A DNA stretch of 63,321 nucleotides, the filler included, from Globobulimina sp. (Eukaryota): NCBI GenBank assembly GCA_003354225.1. It is 21 parts of 21 records of this genome, joined end to end, with 100 filler letters (N's around TTAATTAATTAA, not from the genome) between each part and the next. Parts side by side here need not be neighbours in the genome. Positions count along the whole stretch, not along the records: positions 60,404 to 63,321 come from PIVH01004374.1; 20 more parts are not named here. One strand, written 5' to 3'. Each line of letters starts with the position of its first letter. Position 1 is the stretch's first letter. The translations under genes were made by a program, and so were the position numbers. Under the pieces are notes generated by a model that was not told where the DNA came from, did no database searches, and saw nothing but the letters and a program-made list of their open reading frames with translations. Shown here one piece after another: positions 61,786 through 63,321 of the stretch.

Positions 61786-63260
61786 CTAATATATCCATTT
61801 ATCACACATGCTCCAATGACATGATCCCAAGCTCCAACCAAAATATTTACGGAACTTTCGAGACACTTCAATTGCTGCCATCACATCATCCAACGCTTCA
61901 GCACCTTCCTCCAAACAAACTGCATCGGCTACGTCCTTTACTGCATCACTCACATATTTATCAGCGGCGATGGAAACATCTGCTTTCTTGAATGCGGATC
62001 TGTTGTCCATAGACAACCCAATAAATCCAACAATAACTCCGAGTTCCTCTTGTAACGAAGCAACAATCAACAACGAAGAATGCATTTCTTTTGGCGTTTT
62101 AAAAACGATAACATTCTCATAATCATTGAAATTCCATCCAACATTTACATGTGCATCGTGTGCATAATATCGATCCGTAGCCATGGCCAGTTCCGTTGAG
62201 TCAAAACTTATAAAATATGTTTCATTCTCTATTCCAACTCCTTCTAACATCAACTTAGCAGATCCCAAATTTTTATCTGTGATAATTACCAATTTAATTC
62301 CCAAGTCATGACATTTTAATATAGCTCGAGTGCAAAGCTCATCATCTCCAATCACCAAAACATTCATCATTCCTAATGTGTCCACAGAAACACGGCTTGC
62401 ATAAATATTATAATTGTTTCTTATTTGATGCAGCAAATAATATCTAGAAAACCAAAATAAGCCCACAGCAAAACTCGCAAATACCACAATAATCAATGTC
62501 AAAATAAACCATATTAAAAATATCACCTCATTGGTCAACGGGATAATAAACAAAAACAAAAAGAAAAAAATTAAGGTTACTAAACATAAAACAAATGACC
62601 AGCACTGTTTACATATTGTAATGGGTCGCCCATAGAATTCATCATAACTTAGTCCATATTGTGTGGGTCTATAAAGTTGAACTGTTTTGCCCATAAATGT
62701 GGAATAGCCAATGGCAAAACAAACGCATTTAGCATTTCCTTCAACCAATAAAGTACCACAAAACAATAAATTCCTGGCTTCAGCTGGTACGTCATTGGAT
62801 GGCTCTGAATTTCTTTGCTGTGGCTCAGATTCGCCGGTTAAGCCAGAATTATCCACTTGGCAATCATCGCTACATTCAAATATGCGTAAATCGGCAGGGA
62901 TCTTTTCTCCTTTTTTGATATTCACAATGTCCCCAACTACCAATTCTTTGGCATCCACAAGGTATCCATCTGTAGCATCTAATTGATTGTGCAGTCAATA
63001 TACGTTTCATTGCATTAAAAAAACAAACATACGGTGGGAATAAGCTACAATCAAATCTCTGACCTCTGATGGTGCCTTGCATTCGTTTTTCCTGATCATA
63101 GCAGCAATTAATAGTTGGTACCTTGCTTTGTCTGCCTTGCGAATCACAGTCACGCTCTGATAAATTTTGTGTAGATACTGTATCAAATATGTAAAATGAT
63201 ACTCATATAATTGTACCCGTTCGCCAGGAGCAAATTCTTCAAACCGATTTGTAATTGTTC
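61786..63260 (-). CDS. Degenerate, miniaturised P-type ATPase-like protein (intron 62979-63032; 5' end off window)
   Basis: A-domain GDIVNIKKGEKIPADLRI, VDNSGLTGESEP; P-domain remnants GIKLVIITDK and AFKKADVSIA; no DKTGT. Confidence 0.8.
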
Positions 63261-63321
63261 TGTTGCACAATGTTAATATTATCAGCAACAGTATTTCTAT
63301 AAAAGTAATTACAGTGACTAC

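Overview
This window is not one locus. It is 21 unrelated contigs of about 2.9 kb, joined by artificial 100-bp spacers (N-run + TTAATTAATTAA + N-run). Almost all the DNA is AT-rich nuclear DNA from a protist with short (about 55-120 nt, one about 190 nt) GT-AG introns, degenerate donor sites, the standard genetic code and very compact gene spacing. The gene families and motifs suggest a foraminiferan/rhizarian with a flagellated stage, but this is an inference. Recognisable genes include NOL6/Utp22, DRC3, an FGD-type RhoGEF, a BIG/Sec7-type ArfGEF N-terminus, ATP sulfurylase-APS kinase, BioY, a kinesin, TOM40, V-ATPase F, an anoctamin, an acyl-CoA synthetase, TraB, an FMR1/FXR homologue, TVP15 and PGAM5. 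The most notable items are: (1) a poly-ubiquitin-like protein with a K48R/K63P ubiquitin, a hydrophobic segment and an R-S-E ADP-ribosyltransferase domain; (2) a miniaturised, apparently catalytically dead P-type ATPase; (3) an N-terminal 'header' motif shared by three unrelated proteins; (4) a full FMRP architecture outside animals; (5) a bacterial-type BioY in eukaryotic context; (6) a HOP-type TPR2A domain inserted in a BIG/Sec7 GEF; (7) an orphan domain family and USP relics across contigs; (8) MITEs and a bacterial PEP-CTERM/REP fragment chimerically joined to NOL6. Chimeric assembly is evident, so all gene adjacencies need read-level validation. All homology calls are from motif recognition by eye; no searches were run.
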